64,000 nt of DNA from a virus. Position numbers and translations under genes: made by a program. The first letter of the stretch is position 1. Each line of letters begins with the position of its first letter. The notes beneath the pieces are model-generated. The model worked only from the letters and a program-made list of their open reading frames with translations, made no database searches and was not told the origin of the DNA. Below are positions 28,410-37,550 of the stretch, one piece after another. The stretch is taken from positions 32,001 through 96,000 of the IMG/VR virus record IMGVR_UViG_3300028571_000830. The stretch is one strand, 5' to 3'.

Positions 28410-29609
28410 TTACAATCTAAATTCAAATTCACTTATTTTTCCTAAAGTTTTATCATAAACTAAAGCTAACCCAGCTCTAATTGAATGTACAAAATTATTA
28501 TCTAAATGCCATCTATCAGTTCCTGAAAGACTAGGCATTTGTTGTATTCTCACTCCTTTAACTTCTTTAGCCATATAGTGATGTTTATCTCCTGTATGCA
28601 CTTCTCTATATTTAGCATTACCAAAATCTTGGCTATATTGAGGATGTGTTGCAAATAGTAGAGGAAGATCTTCCACTTTACAATTACCATGATGATAACC
28701 AATAAAAGTGTTTCCTAATACAACAGTTTTAACTACACTATGTTCTCTATCAAAATAAATATTATCATCTTGAGCGAAATAAACTTGGAGGGCGTGTGCT
28801 AAATAATATGATTTAGTTCTATCATGATTACCTTGAACTAATACAATGTGCAGTTTACTACACACCTTTTTCATCATAGTGATTGTATCTACAAGTAGAG
28901 CAAATCCCAATTCATACTCATCAGCATAATTAACAATAGTATCTTGTGGAGTACCATTAGTAGTTTGGTTTTGGTAGTTATCTGTGTGAAAGAAATCATT
29001 AGACACTGGAAATACAATTGTATCTATATCATAAACTGCTTTTACATCATAGACTAATGTTGTAGCTGCTGAAAAATATCTATTACATCTTGTAGTCATA
29101 GAATTATCCCCATCTACATGACTTTTAGCCAAATGATAATCAGACAAAGATATTTCAACATCAACTGTTCTATCAATAAAATTAAGTTTAGGTTGTATTT
29201 GTTCTTTGTAATTAGACTTATAATTTTCTAAAAACTTTGCAAAATCTTCAGGAGTATAATCGTTTGGTTTTTTAAGTTTGGAAAATACTGAAGATGTAAA
29301 TTTTCCATTGGGAAGTAATTTAGACCAATAGTTTGTAATGATATATTTATCTAAATTAATCTTATGTAATCTAGCTAACTCAATATCATTTTTAGGTTCA
29401 TAACTTAGTATTAATGTACTTTCTATTGTTCCTGTTTCATTGTTCACTTTACGAGTTGATTGATAATCTACATTATTGTTTTTCAACTGGTTAAGTAAAT
29501 TATTAACTTCCATCTCACTAATTCCAAGCTTTTTGGCATAAAAACTTTTACTTCCTTTTTGCTTCAACAGTCTTTTTAACTGATATAGAAGCTCTTGGTT
29601 TTCAGACAT
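28410..29609 (-). CDS. Calcineurin-like metallophosphoesterase with N-terminal HTH
   Basis: SDYH, NDFFH, GNHD, YHHG and HTGDKHH motifs. Confidence 0.85.
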   Translation of the reverse strand: MSENQELLYQLKRLLKQKGSKSFYAKKLGISEMEVNNLLNQLKNNNVDYQSTRKVNNETGTIESTLILSYEPKNDIELARLHKINLDKYIITNYWSKLLPNGKFTSSVFSKLKKPNDYTPEDFAKFLENYKSNYKEQIQPKLNFIDRTVDVEISLSDYHLAKSHVDGDNSMTTRCNRYFSAATTLVYDVKAVYDIDTIVFPVSNDFFHTDNYQNQTTNGTPQDTIVNYADEYELGFALLVDTITMMKKVCSKLHIVLVQGNHDRTKSYYLAHALQVYFAQDDNIYFDREHSVVKTVVLGNTFIGYHHGNCKVEDLPLLFATHPQYSQDFGNAKYREVHTGDKHHYMAKEVKGVRIQQMPSLSGTDRWHLDNNFVHSIRAGLALVYDKTLGKISEFEFRL

Positions 29610-29637
29610 ATATAGTCGAGTTTAGATAAAAATTTAG

Positions 29638-29670
29638 TAAAGATACAAAATAGTTTTTTAAAATACCAAA
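29638..29670 (-). promoter_or_regulatory. Putative Bacteroidota-type promoter (TTTG-N21-TATCTTTA)
   Basis: One mismatch to TAnnTTTG with correct spacing, upstream of 29609. Confidence 0.4.
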
Positions 29671-29736
29671 TAATTTAAACCAACTACGTTATTGTCTATA
29701 ATCAAATTAGTTATAAAATAAAAAACTCCTGAGAAA

Positions 29737-30351
29737 TTAAATAATTTGTATTTTTTCTATATATGCTTTTTTTATAAATTTTTGTATAGAGTTATAATAT
29801 TCTACACAAATAGGGTGAGAAAATTTATTTCTTTTTTTAACATTTTCAGATGCAGGTAACAGTTGAAGATTGCTTAAGCTATTAATTAAGTAAACAGGAG
29901 TTTCTTTAATAAACCAAGACACAGGTACTTTATGATCTATATGATAATTTTCTGGAATATTTCCAAATTTAATAACAAAGCAAGACTTAGTCCATCCTAA
30001 ATAATCTTTAGATAATTTAAGTTTAGATTCATTTTTATAATTTAAAGTTCTCCAAACAAGATTATTAATAGATTTAATTTCTTTAGTATTATTAGTTGTT
30101 CTTTCTATTTTAGGTTTTATTGTATAATATTTATGTTGATTTTTTATATTGTACTCTTTTAAATATTGTTTACGACTAGGAGTAATAATTCTTTTATAGG
30201 ATGATTGGTATAGTTTTCTATTATAGTTTTTACTTTTGTAATACTCTTGTCTACAAAGTTTACAATAACAATCTAAACCATCTTTACTGTTTTTCCTTTT
30301 ACCAAAGTCAAGGTTAGGTTTAAGAGTTTTACATTTTATACAATTTTTCAT
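29737..30351 (-). CDS. Free-standing HNH homing endonuclease
   Basis: CxxC...CxxC N-terminus; YHIDHKVP...NLQLLPASENVKKRNK. Confidence 0.85.
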   Translation of the reverse strand: MKNCIKCKTLKPNLDFGKRKNSKDGLDCYCKLCRQEYYKSKNYNRKLYQSSYKRIITPSRKQYLKEYNIKNQHKYYTIKPKIERTTNNTKEIKSINNLVWRTLNYKNESKLKLSKDYLGWTKSCFVIKFGNIPENYHIDHKVPVSWFIKETPVYLINSLSNLQLLPASENVKKRNKFSHPICVEYYNSIQKFIKKAYIEKIQII

Positions 30352-30361
30352 TTTATGTTAA

Positions 30362-30399
30362 AATAATAAGCCCCCAGTAATTTTCATACTAAGGGGCTT
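30362..30399 (-). terminator. Intrinsic terminator-like hairpin
   Basis: AAGCCCC(30368-74)/GGGGCTT(30393-99) stem followed by T-rich sequence on the minus strand. Confidence 0.55.
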
Positions 30400-30469
30400 G
30401 ATTTAGTAAGAAAACCAACAAACTTACTAAATAATTACTGTAAAACCAACAAAACAGGATTTTTGTATT

Positions 30470-31075
30470 TTAAAAACAATCTGTTTGACCTGATATTACT
30501 AATGTATTACTATAATATGCTGTATATAAATCAGTTGGATTTGACCCTAATGAATACGATAGGTATTTATTATATGCTGCTGTATCATCAAATGGAACTA
30601 ATAGACTACTATCATTAAAGAATTGTGTCACTCCTAAAGAAGTAGTAGATACTGCATACACTGCTAATTGTGGAGATCCATATGAAACCCAACCTGACCC
30701 TGATTGATTACAAGCCTCTCCTGAAATGTCACCATATCCATATAATCCATATAAAGTTCCCTCTACTGGTAGAGTAGTTGTTGTAGTTGTAGTGCTAGTG
30801 GATGTTGTACTAGATGTTGTACTAGATGTTGTACTAGATGTTGTAGTGGTGGTAGTGCCACCAACAATTAAATCAATGTAATTAGTACATATAGAATCAG
30901 ATTTCACTCTTATCACTATAGTTCCATTTGGAACTAAAGAAGAAGTGTATCCTGATACTAAAGAAGCTTTAGGTACATTATTTTCAAAAGGAACTACAAA
31001 TCCATCTACATCTGAATACAAATCAAATGGTCCTGTATCAGAACCTGCTATTGTTAATGTTATTAATACTGTCAT
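30470..31075 (-). CDS. Virion decoration/fibre protein: beta-domain, Thr/Ser linker, distal domain
   Basis: GPFDLYS domain and a ~30-aa T/S tract (12-bp repeats at 30801-30846). Confidence 0.55.
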   Translation of the reverse strand: MTVLITLTIAGSDTGPFDLYSDVDGFVVPFENNVPKASLVSGYTSSLVPNGTIVIRVKSDSICTNYIDLIVGGTTTTTTSSTTSSTTSSTTSTSTTTTTTTLPVEGTLYGLYGYGDISGEACNQSGSGWVSYGSPQLAVYAVSTTSLGVTQFFNDSSLLVPFDDTAAYNKYLSYSLGSNPTDLYTAYYSNTLVISGQTDCF

Positions 31076-31108
31076 AATTTTTTATTTTTAGTTTTAATTA
31101 AAAACTTC

Positions 31109-31615
31109 TTATTGCTCTACTTCTTGTGCAACACCCGCTAAATTACAAGATAGCACTGTTGTGGTGGTAGTGGTTGTAGGTGTTTGAGTAGTGGTGGTGG
31201 TAGTTGTGCTTGTACTTGATGTAGTAGTTGTAGTTGGTGCTACAGTAGTTGTGGTAGTAGTAGTTGTTGGTGCTATTGTAGTTGTTGTAGTAGTTGTGCT
31301 ACTAGTGGAAGAAGATGTTGTTGTTGTAGTAGGTGTAATAGAACAAGAAGCTACTAATTGACAAAAGTATGCCTGAAGAAGAGGAGTGTTCTCAATTGTA
31401 TCTATAATATGTGCTATAAATTCATCAGAGCACATTCTATTATCTATCTTTTGTAAAGCCACCTCTAGATTATCTTTTGATTGAATTCCTGTACAAGGTA
31501 AATTTGGACCATTGTATATAATTTGAAAACTAGATATACAAGGATCATTACATGCAAATGGAAATGCAATTCTATAAGCATCATTGTAACAAGGCATTCC
31601 TGGTAAACAAGACAT
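31109..31615 (-). CDS. Cys-rich structural protein with long poly-Thr/Ser tail
   Basis: N-domain (YNGPNLPCTGIQSKD) paralogous to the next gene (YTGIDVPVLGIQTGD); ~60-aa T/S/P tract. Confidence 0.6.
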   Translation of the reverse strand: MSCLPGMPCYNDAYRIAFPFACNDPCISSFQIIYNGPNLPCTGIQSKDNLEVALQKIDNRMCSDEFIAHIIDTIENTPLLQAYFCQLVASCSITPTTTTTSSSTSSTTTTTTTIAPTTTTTTTTVAPTTTTTSSTSTTTTTTTQTPTTTTTTTVLSCNLAGVAQEVEQ

Positions 31616-31624
31616 AGTATAAAT

Positions 31625-32749
31625 TTAAGGAAGGTATATAATATAATTAGTTGCCCATGCTGGCTGAAAATTTGGATGTGATAAACCACCACCTGCATTC
31701 TGTATATTTACAGATACACCATCTTGTGCAGAACTACTTTTACCTAAAGTTGGTGTTATAGTAGATAACATCATCTCATAATCTAAATCTGATCCAGGAA
31801 CAGCTCTAGCTCTTGCAACATTATTTGTAGCATTCACTACTTGTCCAATAGTTGAATTTACATCTGTAGTATACATGAAGTGTGTATGAGGAGTGACTGT
31901 TACAGTGTTTGTATGTGTGTGTGCAGGAATTTGTGTTGTAGTTAAAAGTACATTGTTTGTGCCATTCACTGAGTTTAATGTATACGTAGGATTACCAAAT
32001 GCTGGATCCACTGCAGCAGACATTGCTCCTCCAGGAACACCTGTTGTTACACCTACACCCACTCTACCCCTTTTATCAGGAGTACCATTAGATCCATTAC
32101 ATATATAAATCTTATCCCATCCCAATCCTGCAATACCTGCTCCAGAACCATCAAAATTAGATAATGGACCATAGTATTCCACTGCAGTGAATGGAACCAT
32201 TTTAGCATTCTGCTGAGTGATTGGAGATATTGAATTTAGATAGGCTTGTATTAATGCATCTAGATCAGCAAGTTTAACATAGTTTGTATCTACGTCTACA
32301 GCAAGAGCTACTAATGCAGCATCTACATCACAAAGTTTTGTAATTACAGCTTGTAGAATATCATGTGTACCACTTGTAGCAGATACGCCTGTTAAACAAT
32401 CAACATCATAATTTCCTTCAAGAGCTGCAAGTTCTGCAACAATTACATCTATTTGAGCTTGTAAATCACAGGCTGCTTCAATCAATGCTGTGAAAAGGTT
32501 TAATGCATTTAAGTCTTCACAATCAGGAAGATATTGATTAACCACCTCACAAATAATTGCAGGATCTATAGTTAGTTTAATTCCTGTACCATCTAATGTA
32601 GATGTAAGAAATTCAATAAGAGCCTGTTCTACATAAGACAGAGAGTCTCCTGTTTGTATTCCCAAAACAGGAACATCTATTCCTGTGTATCTAACACACT
32701 TATCTGAGACAATCTCAGTACATCCATTATAGCAATTTGAACAAGACAT
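31625..32749 (-). CDS. Tail fibre protein with C-terminal tail-collar (MdpB/gp12-like) domain
   Basis: ICNGSNGTPDKRGR, IPAHTH, HPNFQPAWATNYII; coiled-coil middle. Confidence 0.7.
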   Translation of the reverse strand: MSCSNCYNGCTEIVSDKCVRYTGIDVPVLGIQTGDSLSYVEQALIEFLTSTLDGTGIKLTIDPAIICEVVNQYLPDCEDLNALNLFTALIEAACDLQAQIDVIVAELAALEGNYDVDCLTGVSATSGTHDILQAVITKLCDVDAALVALAVDVDTNYVKLADLDALIQAYLNSISPITQQNAKMVPFTAVEYYGPLSNFDGSGAGIAGLGWDKIYICNGSNGTPDKRGRVGVGVTTGVPGGAMSAAVDPAFGNPTYTLNSVNGTNNVLLTTTQIPAHTHTNTVTVTPHTHFMYTTDVNSTIGQVVNATNNVARARAVPGSDLDYEMMLSTITPTLGKSSSAQDGVSVNIQNAGGGLSHPNFQPAWATNYIIYLP

Positions 32750-32771
32750 GTTTATTTATATTTTAAAAGTT

Positions 32772-33371
32772 TTACCCTATTAAATTTGATTTTTTAATAT
32801 TATCTAACCACCACAAAGGTTGTAGATTAGTGTAATGACATAATTTAATTATTTCTTCTTCAGTGTTAGCTGAAGATATTGGAATAATATGGTCAATATG
32901 ATATCCATATTGTCCAAATTCAGCTAAAGAAGTATTAGGAGGAGATTTAGATAAAATATATAATTTAAATTCTTCTATAGTACATCCTAAAATTATTTCA
33001 GACTTTAAGGACTTGTAATACTTAACTCTACTTCTTTTAAAAGAATGGTATATAAGAGCTCGTACATTATTTTTAAATCTCAAAATAGGATTTATTTTTC
33101 GTAGTTGCTTAGAGTTATAATTTTTTCTATACAGTAATATCTTTTCTTTATTATTATCTCTCCAAACTTTATTTTTTATACGTAGGCTTTCTCTGTTTTT
33201 AGTATTATAAATTTTTCTATTTTCCTTTAATTTTTCTGTATTAATTACATCCCATTGTTTTTTATAATCCCTAAGTTGCTCTCTTTTAAGATTTCGTAAT
33301 ACACTTTGCTGTATTCTTCTTGCAGCAATTCTCTCTTCTTCAGTTTGATACTTTTTAGGTCTTCCTGCCAT
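32772..33371 (-). CDS. Free-standing HNH homing endonuclease
   Basis: LGCTIEEFK, YHIDHIIP, HYTNLQPLWWLDNIKKSN; basic N-terminus. Confidence 0.9.
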   Translation of the reverse strand: MAGRPKKYQTEEERIAARRIQQSVLRNLKREQLRDYKKQWDVINTEKLKENRKIYNTKNRESLRIKNKVWRDNNKEKILLYRKNYNSKQLRKINPILRFKNNVRALIYHSFKRSRVKYYKSLKSEIILGCTIEEFKLYILSKSPPNTSLAEFGQYGYHIDHIIPISSANTEEEIIKLCHYTNLQPLWWLDNIKKSNLIG

Positions 33372-33637
33372 TATTTATATTTCAATAACTTAACCCTACT
33401 AGCAATCATCTCAACAGTGAATGGTTCAGCATAATCTGAATTACAAAATTTATACATTAGTATTCTTTTATAATTCAAAAGATCCATTATAGCTTCTGCT
33501 GGTACAGGTTGGTTTAATGAATAGATAAGATTATTATATAGAGTGCTTGCTAATTCTGTTAGTCTACAATCTATATCAATTAAAAGTGCTGTCACTGTAG
33601 CACATGCTGGATAAGTGGTTAGTCTAGGAGTTAACAT
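33371..33637 (-). CDS. Small structural protein (tail-hub-like)
   Basis: 88 aa, in the structural operon. Confidence 0.45.
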   Translation of the reverse strand: MLTPRLTTYPACATVTALLIDIDCRLTELASTLYNNLIYSLNQPVPAEAIMDLLNYKRILMYKFCNSDYAEPFTVEMIASRVKLLKYK

Positions 33638-33749
33638 ATTCTATAACTTGTTTAAGCTTTGTAGCAGCTGCACGACACATTGCACAAAGACCATTAACTA
33701 ATTGACATCCACATCCAAAATTTGCTTTACATCCTCTACAAGTAGCCAT
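33624..33749 (-). CDS. 41-aa Cys-rich miniprotein (not in ORF track)
   Basis: MATCRGCKANFGCGCQLVNGLCAMCRAAATKLKQVIEYVNS*; fills the gap between neighbours. Confidence 0.7.
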   Translation of the reverse strand: MATCRGCKANFGCGCQLVNGLCAMCRAAATKLKQVIEYVNS

Positions 33750-33750
33750 A

Positions 33751-34317
33751 TTATCTAAAGTTTACAACATAGTTATTACCAGAACAATAACAGTTATTTC
33801 TAATAAAATTATCTAGCATATTATTTGCTTGAGTGTATAATCTATTAGATTCAGTTATTGCACAATTATTTGCAGCAGCTATAGATCCTTGAATAAAGAA
33901 ATATATACTCGTAAGATTAACTTTCTGTTGAGTCTTTATAGCTCTATCACATTCCATCATGTCAAGTTTCATAAATGCTTCATCAAACTTCTCTTGTATT
34001 TTATCCACTCTCATAATACTTCTTTCAACAAAGTTTTCGTATGCAGGAGCAATAGTGTATCTAAGAGTGTAAACTCCATCAGGAAGAGGTAGTAAAGGCT
34101 CTCCAATAACAGTGAGTCCTAATGAAGCAGATGTAAATATATTAAAATCATTAGGTGTAAAAGGAAGAATTACAACTCCTAATGATGGAACAGTTATCTC
34201 AATTGTAGGAGCTGTTACAATAGGAGGGGTGGTAGGATATGTTGATGCATCAGCTACACCTAACGTTAACGTACTGTATGTAGGTACTACTATTATATCT
34301 AGATTTAAAGCTGGCAT
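33751..34317 (-). CDS. Tail hub-like structural protein (start reassigned to MPALNLD)
   Basis: LPDGVYTLRY motif; the track's upstream extension overlaps a terminator hairpin. Confidence 0.55.
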   Translation of the reverse strand: MPALNLDIIVVPTYSTLTLGVADASTYPTTPPIVTAPTIEITVPSLGVVILPFTPNDFNIFTSASLGLTVIGEPLLPLPDGVYTLRYTIAPAYENFVERSIMRVDKIQEKFDEAFMKLDMMECDRAIKTQQKVNLTSIYFFIQGSIAAANNCAITESNRLYTQANNMLDNFIRNNCYCSGNNYVVNFR

Positions 34318-34332
34318 AATTAGTTTAAATAA

Positions 34333-34372
34333 ATATGCCAGAGGATCTGAGAGTCCTCTCACCTCTGGCATA
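34333..34372 (-). terminator. Hairpin after the auxiliary capsid gene
   Basis: ATGCCAGAGG/CCTCTGGCAT inverted repeat followed by T-rich sequence on the minus strand. Confidence 0.65.
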
Positions 34373-34404
34373 GGTTATGTAATATTTAATTTACAACTAT
34401 CCAA

Positions 34405-35580
34405 TTATGGAATTAAAGTGGAAGTGGTTGTAGTAGTAGGCCAAATTGTAGTGGTGGTAGAAGTGGTTGTAACACAAGTGTTATCATTAGTCACAGTACC
34501 AAGAGCAGCCTCTAATACAGTTTCAATAGCAGCAGCAATTCCACTTACAGTTGAATTAGGAGCAGCAATAATCACCATAGAATCTTCCATGATATAATCA
34601 CCCCACTGATAAGCAGATTTGTTATACTCATTGAACTTGATGTAGTAAGTATCATAAGTCACTCCTGAAGATACCCAAGACTCAAAGTTCTCATTGTATC
34701 CAGCCATTCTGTAAAGATGCTTTAAGTATCCTGCTTGGTAGCTGTAGAAATTTTTCTCTAGTTGAGCAATTTCAGCAGATTGACCTGAAGCATAAGAAGA
34801 ACGTTGAATGATGATTGGATCAGCAACAATGTCACAATTGTCAGCAACAATAAAGTCAGCAGTGGTAGCAGGACCATTATATACAAATGTACGGAAATAC
34901 ATTCTGTCATATTCAAAAGGGAATGCAGCAACATCACATGGTTGACCATATATAGTTAGAGGCTTTCCAGTGATACGAAGGATGGCAGAAGCATCATTTC
35001 CTAAACGTTGGAATGTGTAGAATGTATTGAAACTGATGTTATCAGGATTGTTACCTGGAGCTTCTTGTTGTAATTTAGCAATAACGCTATCAATGAATTG
35101 AGGAATATCAACTGAATCACAAGGATTAGCATCACAAGCACAGCAAGGAGCTTGAACAGTTACTGAACGAGTGAAACCATTGAAATACAATGTGTCAATG
35201 TAAGAAGAATGTGCACGAAGAGTTAATGTAACTACATCACCACACTGTACATTCCAATTAGTTACATCAGTAACTTGAGTTGCAGCAGTGGGACATCCTT
35301 TTACTGTGTACCATTCAGTCACATTAGAATTACAACCAGAACCTGATGGACATCCTTTAATCTTATCAGAACGTTTAGATCCTTGTAGATAAGTGTTTGT
35401 TCTACCTTGAGCTATGTAAAAATAAGGAGAAGCAGCAATATTACCAGCTGTTGCTATGGTATAATCACTTCTAAAAATACCCACTTGACCTGCAGTGAGA
35501 TCTTGGGTTGAACCAGAGCTAGGAAGAGCAGTCTGTCCTACTGGAACCACGAATAACGTGGTTAATGAAAAATCAGCCAT
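34405..35580 (-). CDS. Auxiliary capsid protein-like, with poly-Thr C-terminus
   Basis: 391 aa beta-rich; position after ring protein; ends TTTSTTTTIWPTTTTTST. Confidence 0.55.
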   Translation of the reverse strand: MADFSLTTLFVVPVGQTALPSSGSTQDLTAGQVGIFRSDYTIATAGNIAASPYFYIAQGRTNTYLQGSKRSDKIKGCPSGSGCNSNVTEWYTVKGCPTAATQVTDVTNWNVQCGDVVTLTLRAHSSYIDTLYFNGFTRSVTVQAPCCACDANPCDSVDIPQFIDSVIAKLQQEAPGNNPDNISFNTFYTFQRLGNDASAILRITGKPLTIYGQPCDVAAFPFEYDRMYFRTFVYNGPATTADFIVADNCDIVADPIIIQRSSYASGQSAEIAQLEKNFYSYQAGYLKHLYRMAGYNENFESWVSSGVTYDTYYIKFNEYNKSAYQWGDYIMEDSMVIIAAPNSTVSGIAAAIETVLEAALGTVTNDNTCVTTTSTTTTIWPTTTTTSTLIP

Positions 35581-35609
35581 TTTTTATATTAATTTAATTG
35601 TTTAAAATT

Positions 35610-36341
35610 TTATTCATTTGTTTGTATCCTGTATGTTGCACTTTGTACAGCAGATTGATTCTCAGTATACATTGCGAGATTTTGAACTGTAAGATCTAGA
35701 AGTTCATCTTCAAGATATAATTCAAGCTCACAATCTCTATCTACTGATGGATTTCCATCAAATCCAATATATCCTGATTTATCAATGTATACAGGATATC
35801 GCATATACATTATGTTAATAGATGTTGGTGTAAACGTACCATCTGTAAATATGCTCATCTCATCAGTGGCAAGATAATTGAATGTTTCTTGATACTCAAA
35901 TGATGGTTTATAGTGAACATTATTTAAAAGAAACTGTAAGTCACCATGTTTAGTTAAATCATTGTTTATCCAAATCTTTCTGTTCTTACATCTACCCTTA
36001 TCTGCTAATACATAGCAATCTAAGTAGAACATGTATTTTGGCACTAGATTGGTTACATCTGCTTTCCATTGATTTAATTGTGCATCTTCTAATGTCAAAG
36101 CAAGTGGTTGATGATTATAATCTTCAACTAAACTTTGTAAATCTTCATAACGTTTCTTGAAAGAATCAAGTCCCATTCCACTAGATGTACTAAATCCATC
36201 AACCTTTTGCTTAATTAACTTAATCTGAGCTTCATTTAATGCTAAAATTTTATCTTCAAGATTAATTTGCTGATGTTCGTTTGTGGATAGCTTATTTAGT
36301 TTTTGATCTATTTTATATAATAAACTATCTACTGGTATCAT
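35610..36341 (-). CDS. Tail ring protein
   Basis: LNEAQ, FKKRYEDLQSLV, YMRYP, DCEL blocks; gene order. Confidence 0.6.
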   Translation of the reverse strand: MIPVDSLLYKIDQKLNKLSTNEHQQINLEDKILALNEAQIKLIKQKVDGFSTSSGMGLDSFKKRYEDLQSLVEDYNHQPLALTLEDAQLNQWKADVTNLVPKYMFYLDCYVLADKGRCKNRKIWINNDLTKHGDLQFLLNNVHYKPSFEYQETFNYLATDEMSIFTDGTFTPTSINIMYMRYPVYIDKSGYIGFDGNPSVDRDCELELYLEDELLDLTVQNLAMYTENQSAVQSATYRIQTNE

Positions 36342-37306
36342 ACAGATGCTAATTTTTTAGATTTAACTTTTTGTTCAAGAGTGATTAACTCATCTTGATT
36401 ATCATCATCAGCAAGGAATTTGATTAAATCTTCTTCATCCTTTGCCACTTCAAACTCTCCTTCGTACACTTTACCATTAGCTTTTAATCTATATACGGAA
36501 TGGATAATTGCTTGTTTTACAAGATCTTTAATATGGAGCAAGTTTTCTTTCATGTCAGCAAATCTGCCAAACACTTCAACAGGATTCAATCCTTGGAATT
36601 TACCATTAGCAAATTCTGTTTGTTTAAGAACATTATCCACTAAGTTATATACCACTTCTTCTTTAGTATCATCTGTAACAGGTAATCCTAATAATCGTGC
36701 CACTTTCCTTTTCTTTTCAGGACTCATTGAGTCAAATTTGACAATAGCCTTATTGATCAATTGTTTCTTCTTATAGATGACAGCATTCTCTATTTCATCA
36801 TCAGCTACATAAAATTGTGTGTCAGCTGAATATTCTCCACGTTCCCAAGCTTGGTAACTAGAAGCAATAGTAGGGTGAACACGTAACCAAGAAAAAGCTA
36901 ATTCCTGAAAGGGATTACTTAAATCGAAATAGTTATCACCATCTAGTAACTTAACAGCTTGTACGTGTAGTACGTCATCTGCAGAAGTTGATAAACCATA
37001 GTTCCAAAAAGAAGAACGTGGTCCTAAATCAACACTACCTAACGCTTCTTCAAGTTTTATTTTGAGAGCTTTAACACGTTCAGTTTCTAATTCTCTTTCT
37101 AGTGGATCTTGAATTCTGCGAATGTACGCAGCATTAACATCTAGTCCTGTTCTATACTGACCATCCAATTCCTTATAAGGATATTTGAATACACCTGTAC
37201 CAGGAATTCTTGTCAAACCTTTTGCAGAAAGTCCTCCTTGCATTGTTTGTAATTGAGAGTTATTGTAATCTCTTTTAAGTGTGGCGATTTTTCCTATCTT
37301 GCCCAT
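36338..37306 (-). CDS. Conserved crAss-like protein downstream of MCP
   Basis: 322 aa; YRTGLD, FDLSNP; gene order. Confidence 0.55.
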   Translation of the reverse strand: MGKIGKIATLKRDYNNSQLQTMQGGLSAKGLTRIPGTGVFKYPYKELDGQYRTGLDVNAAYIRRIQDPLERELETERVKALKIKLEEALGSVDLGPRSSFWNYGLSTSADDVLHVQAVKLLDGDNYFDLSNPFQELAFSWLRVHPTIASSYQAWERGEYSADTQFYVADDEIENAVIYKKKQLINKAIVKFDSMSPEKKRKVARLLGLPVTDDTKEEVVYNLVDNVLKQTEFANGKFQGLNPVEVFGRFADMKENLLHIKDLVKQAIIHSVYRLKANGKVYEGEFEVAKDEEDLIKFLADDDNQDELITLEQKVKSKKLASV

Positions 37307-37550
37307 AATGTAGTTTAATTTATTTGGTTTTTGTAAAATGAATCAAGTGCTGTTCTTATGGGAAGCAAATGATTACTATTGCAGAGTGTTTCCATTGAAG
37401 GAAATGCAAAGAGACATATAATCTCAGTCATCACTCTGAAAAGAGAACGTAGGCTCCCACAGGTGGGAGGATGTAAGGAGCCTACTTCTCAGAGACAGCT
37501 CATCTTAAGCGACCAGTTCTTATGAGATGGCAGAGGGGCGTATTATTGTA

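Noticed and set aside
21290-31330. CRISPR array or DGR template/variable repeat in the repetitive tracts
   Set aside because: Repeats are in-frame Thr codons with no unique spacers; no reverse transcriptase or adenine-specific repeat pair seen
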